Shown in pieces: positions 62,400 through 64,000 of a stretch of DNA of 64,000 nucleotides (its first letter is position 1; each line of letters starts with the position of its first letter). This stretch comes from Betaproteobacteria bacterium (GTDB lineage Bacteria > Pseudomonadota > Gammaproteobacteria > Burkholderiales > SG8-39). Under the pieces are notes generated by a model. It was not told the origin of the DNA. It saw nothing but the letters and a program-made list of their open reading frames with translations, and did no database searches. Both the position numbers and the translations under genes were made by a program. Location of the stretch: assembly GCA_029883975.1 (NCBI GenBank), contig JAOUIL010000001.1, forward strand, positions 1,255 to 65,254. Direction: 5' to 3'.

Positions 62400-63287
62400 C
62401 TAGTTCTTCGTCGCCAGGTTCTCGGAGAAGAACTGGACGGCGAACGCCCACGCTTTCTCCGCAGCGTCCGCGTTATAGCGGATGACCGCGACGCCGTGAC
62501 GTGCGCTCAGCTCCCTGTGCTGCCGGTTGGCGCCAGGTTCGTCGAACACGTGATGGGCTCCCGGGTACACGGTCGTCGCAAAGTGCTTGCGCACGTCTTC
62601 CCGCAGCGCCGCGATGAACTTGGGGCAGCTGTCGGGCTCGTCATAGGTGTCCAGCTCGCCCGCGAGGACATGGACCGGGGCGCCGGTGACGCGCTGATAG
62701 ATGCTCGCGCCGTACACCGGGTTCGCCCCGGCCAGGATCTTCAGGTGGGTGCTGCACACGGGGTACAAGGCCAGGTGGGCCGCGAACTTCGCCTTGTCCC
62801 CGGTGTACTCCTGCACGAGTTCATCCGAGGCCATGACGAGCGCCATGACGCCGCCGTAGGAAAAGCCCAGCACGCCGATGCGCTTCGGGTGGACGCGCGC
62901 GTGCTGCGTCAGAAACAGCAAGCTGCCGAAAGTGTGCGGCAGCACGTCGCGGGTCGAGCCCGGCCGCGAGCGGCTGTCCGGGAACATGCTGATCCTGAGA
63001 GTGGCGATCCCCGCGCGATTGAGTCTGTCGATGTAGTGGGAGCTGATGCGATCCCCACTGGAGCCGGCGCTGGTGTGCAGCACCAGAACAGCCGGAAGCG
63101 CACCGCTCCCGGCTTCCGGCATGCGCAACTCGCCGCGCACGGCGGTGCCGGTGCCGCGGAGTGTCGCGGCAGTGAATGAAACCATCTCGCTGGAAACACC
63201 GGGCTGGGCAAGGAGTGGGCTGGCTGCTCCCGCGACCATGAGCGCGCCTGCGAGAAATCCGGTCAGCGTGCCGAGAAGCTTGCGCAT
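62400..63287 (-). CDS. Secreted dienelactone-hydrolase-family alpha/beta hydrolase
   Basis: ATG 63287 is preceded by GGAGGAA. Signal peptide ...AASPLLAQP, nucleophile elbow GFSYGG, ...YPGAHHVF. The longer track ORF start is rejected. Confidence 0.75.
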   Translation of the reverse strand: MRKLLGTLTGFLAGALMVAGAASPLLAQPGVSSEMVSFTAATLRGTGTAVRGELRMPEAGSGALPAVLVLHTSAGSSGDRISSHYIDRLNRAGIATLRISMFPDSRSRPGSTRDVLPHTFGSLLFLTQHARVHPKRIGVLGFSYGGVMALVMASDELVQEYTGDKAKFAAHLALYPVCSTHLKILAGANPVYGASIYQRVTGAPVHVLAGELDTYDEPDSCPKFIAALREDVRKHFATTVYPGAHHVFDEPGANRQHRELSARHGVAVIRYNADAAEKAWAFAVQFFSENLATKN

Positions 63288-63532
63288 AGATTCCTCCATC
63301 GGCGCCCAAGCGTGCTGCGCCGCCAAAAAAAGAGAGAGGACTTCTTCCGCGATTAGAGAGCGGTGCTCCGTGGATTGCAATTCCCATGAACCGGGGATGT
63401 CGGCGCAGCTCGACGTTGTTATTGCAGTGCGACAAGCGCCGAAATCTCTCCGGCCTGCGCGCCGTCCGCGATATGCTCGCAGCTGAGGGTCAGGGCCCGT
63501 CCGGGCCGTGACAACAGGAGGAGAGACTCGCA

Positions 63533-64000
63533 ATGATCCCAGCCGCATTTGACTACCATGCGCCGCGTTCGGTCGCCGATGCGATCAAGCTGCTCGGCCA
63601 GCTCGGGCCCGAAGCCAAGCTGCTCGCCGGCGGGCACAGCCTGCTGCCGATGATGAAGCTGCGCTTCGCGCAGCCCGCCCACCTCGTCGACCTCGGCCGC
63701 ATCGCCGAGCTGCGCGGCATCTCGCAGGTCGGCAACGAAATCCGCATCGGCGCGATGACCACCGAGCATGAGCTGCTCAGCTCGAAGCTGCTCGCCGAGA
63801 AGGCGCCGCTGCTGGTCGAGGGCGCCGGCTGGATCGCCGATCCGCAGGTGCGCTACAAGGGGACCATCGGTGGCGACATCTCGCACGGCGATCCGGCCAA
63901 CGACCACCCGGCGCTGATGATCGCCCTGGATGCGTCCTTCGTGCTGACGGGCCCGAAGGGCGAGCGCGTGGTCAAGGCCGACGGCTACTTCCTCGGCCTG
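63533..64000 (+). CDS. FAD-binding medium subunit of a molybdenum hydroxylase (CoxM/CutM/XdhB-like), partial, runs off the window
   Basis: SD AGGAGGAG. MIPAAFDYHAPRSVADAIKLLGQLGPEAKLLAGGHSLLPMMKLRFAQPAHLVDLGRI... closely parallels the CoxM N-terminus as I recall it. Not in the ORF track because there is no stop inside the window. Confidence 0.85.
   Translation, partial: MIPAAFDYHAPRSVADAIKLLGQLGPEAKLLAGGHSLLPMMKLRFAQPAHLVDLGRIAELRGISQVGNEIRIGAMTTEHELLSSKLLAEKAPLLVEGAGWIADPQVRYKGTIGGDISHGDPANDHPALMIALDASFVLTGPKGERVVKADGYFLGL

Overview
64-kb window of very GC-rich, Burkholderiales-like betaproteobacterial chromosome. All calls come from reading the sequence and recalling motifs; no searches were run. 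About 58 kb is densely packed core housekeeping DNA. In order: slmA; moeB-ctpA-envC-gpmA (minus strand); rhodanese-grxC-secB-SH3-gpsA; trmL-comF; amidase-bioC; and an aa3 cytochrome oxidase cluster (DUF2244-ctaC-ctaD-ctaG-DUF2970-ctaE / DUF2909 / SURF1 / SCO-like ... ctaB-SCO1) interrupted by an opposite-strand RND/MFP efflux pair. Then cbpA-cbpM; rpoH; ftsYEX; rsmD-coaD; mutM; TPR-lolB-ispE; tRNA-Gln; prs; rplY-pth-ychF; GNAT; and an AraC-gabD / ABC (SBP-livHMGF)-ALDH / SDR catabolic block. Then EamA and a DUF853 ATPase; yebC-ruvC-ruvA-(OMP)-ruvB; ybgC-tolQRAB-pal-cpoB-queC; tRNA-Lys. The last ~5.6 kb is accessory-looking, with lower GC in hand-counted samples from the islet and by eye from 61 kb onward. 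It holds two tandem integrase-less islets bounded by three copies of the tRNA-Lys 3' end and carrying four uncharacterised genes. These are followed by a FAD monooxygenase, a secreted dienelactone-hydrolase-like protein and the start of a CoxM-like subunit. No CRISPR array, IS element, transposase, integrase or recognisable defence system was seen. Most notable observations: (1) the tRNA-Lys islets and their cargo; (2) a TANNNT hexamer 6-10 nt upstream of 14 start codons that lack a Shine-Dalgarno, suggesting leaderless transcripts, including divergent pairs with 0-26 bp spacers; (3) four conserved genes (moeB, envC-like, pth, queC) whose only possible start is CTG, three of them inside a CTGA stop/start overlap; (4) a perfect CIRCE operator in the rpoH leader; (5) a LivF ATPase with no stop codon that reads in frame into an aldehyde dehydrogenase; (6) an RND/MFP pair where heme A synthase (ctaA) is expected; (7) an amidase-signature enzyme coupled to bioC in the position bioH holds next to comF in E. 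coli. Many long alternative-frame ORFs in the track are GC artefacts and were ignored.
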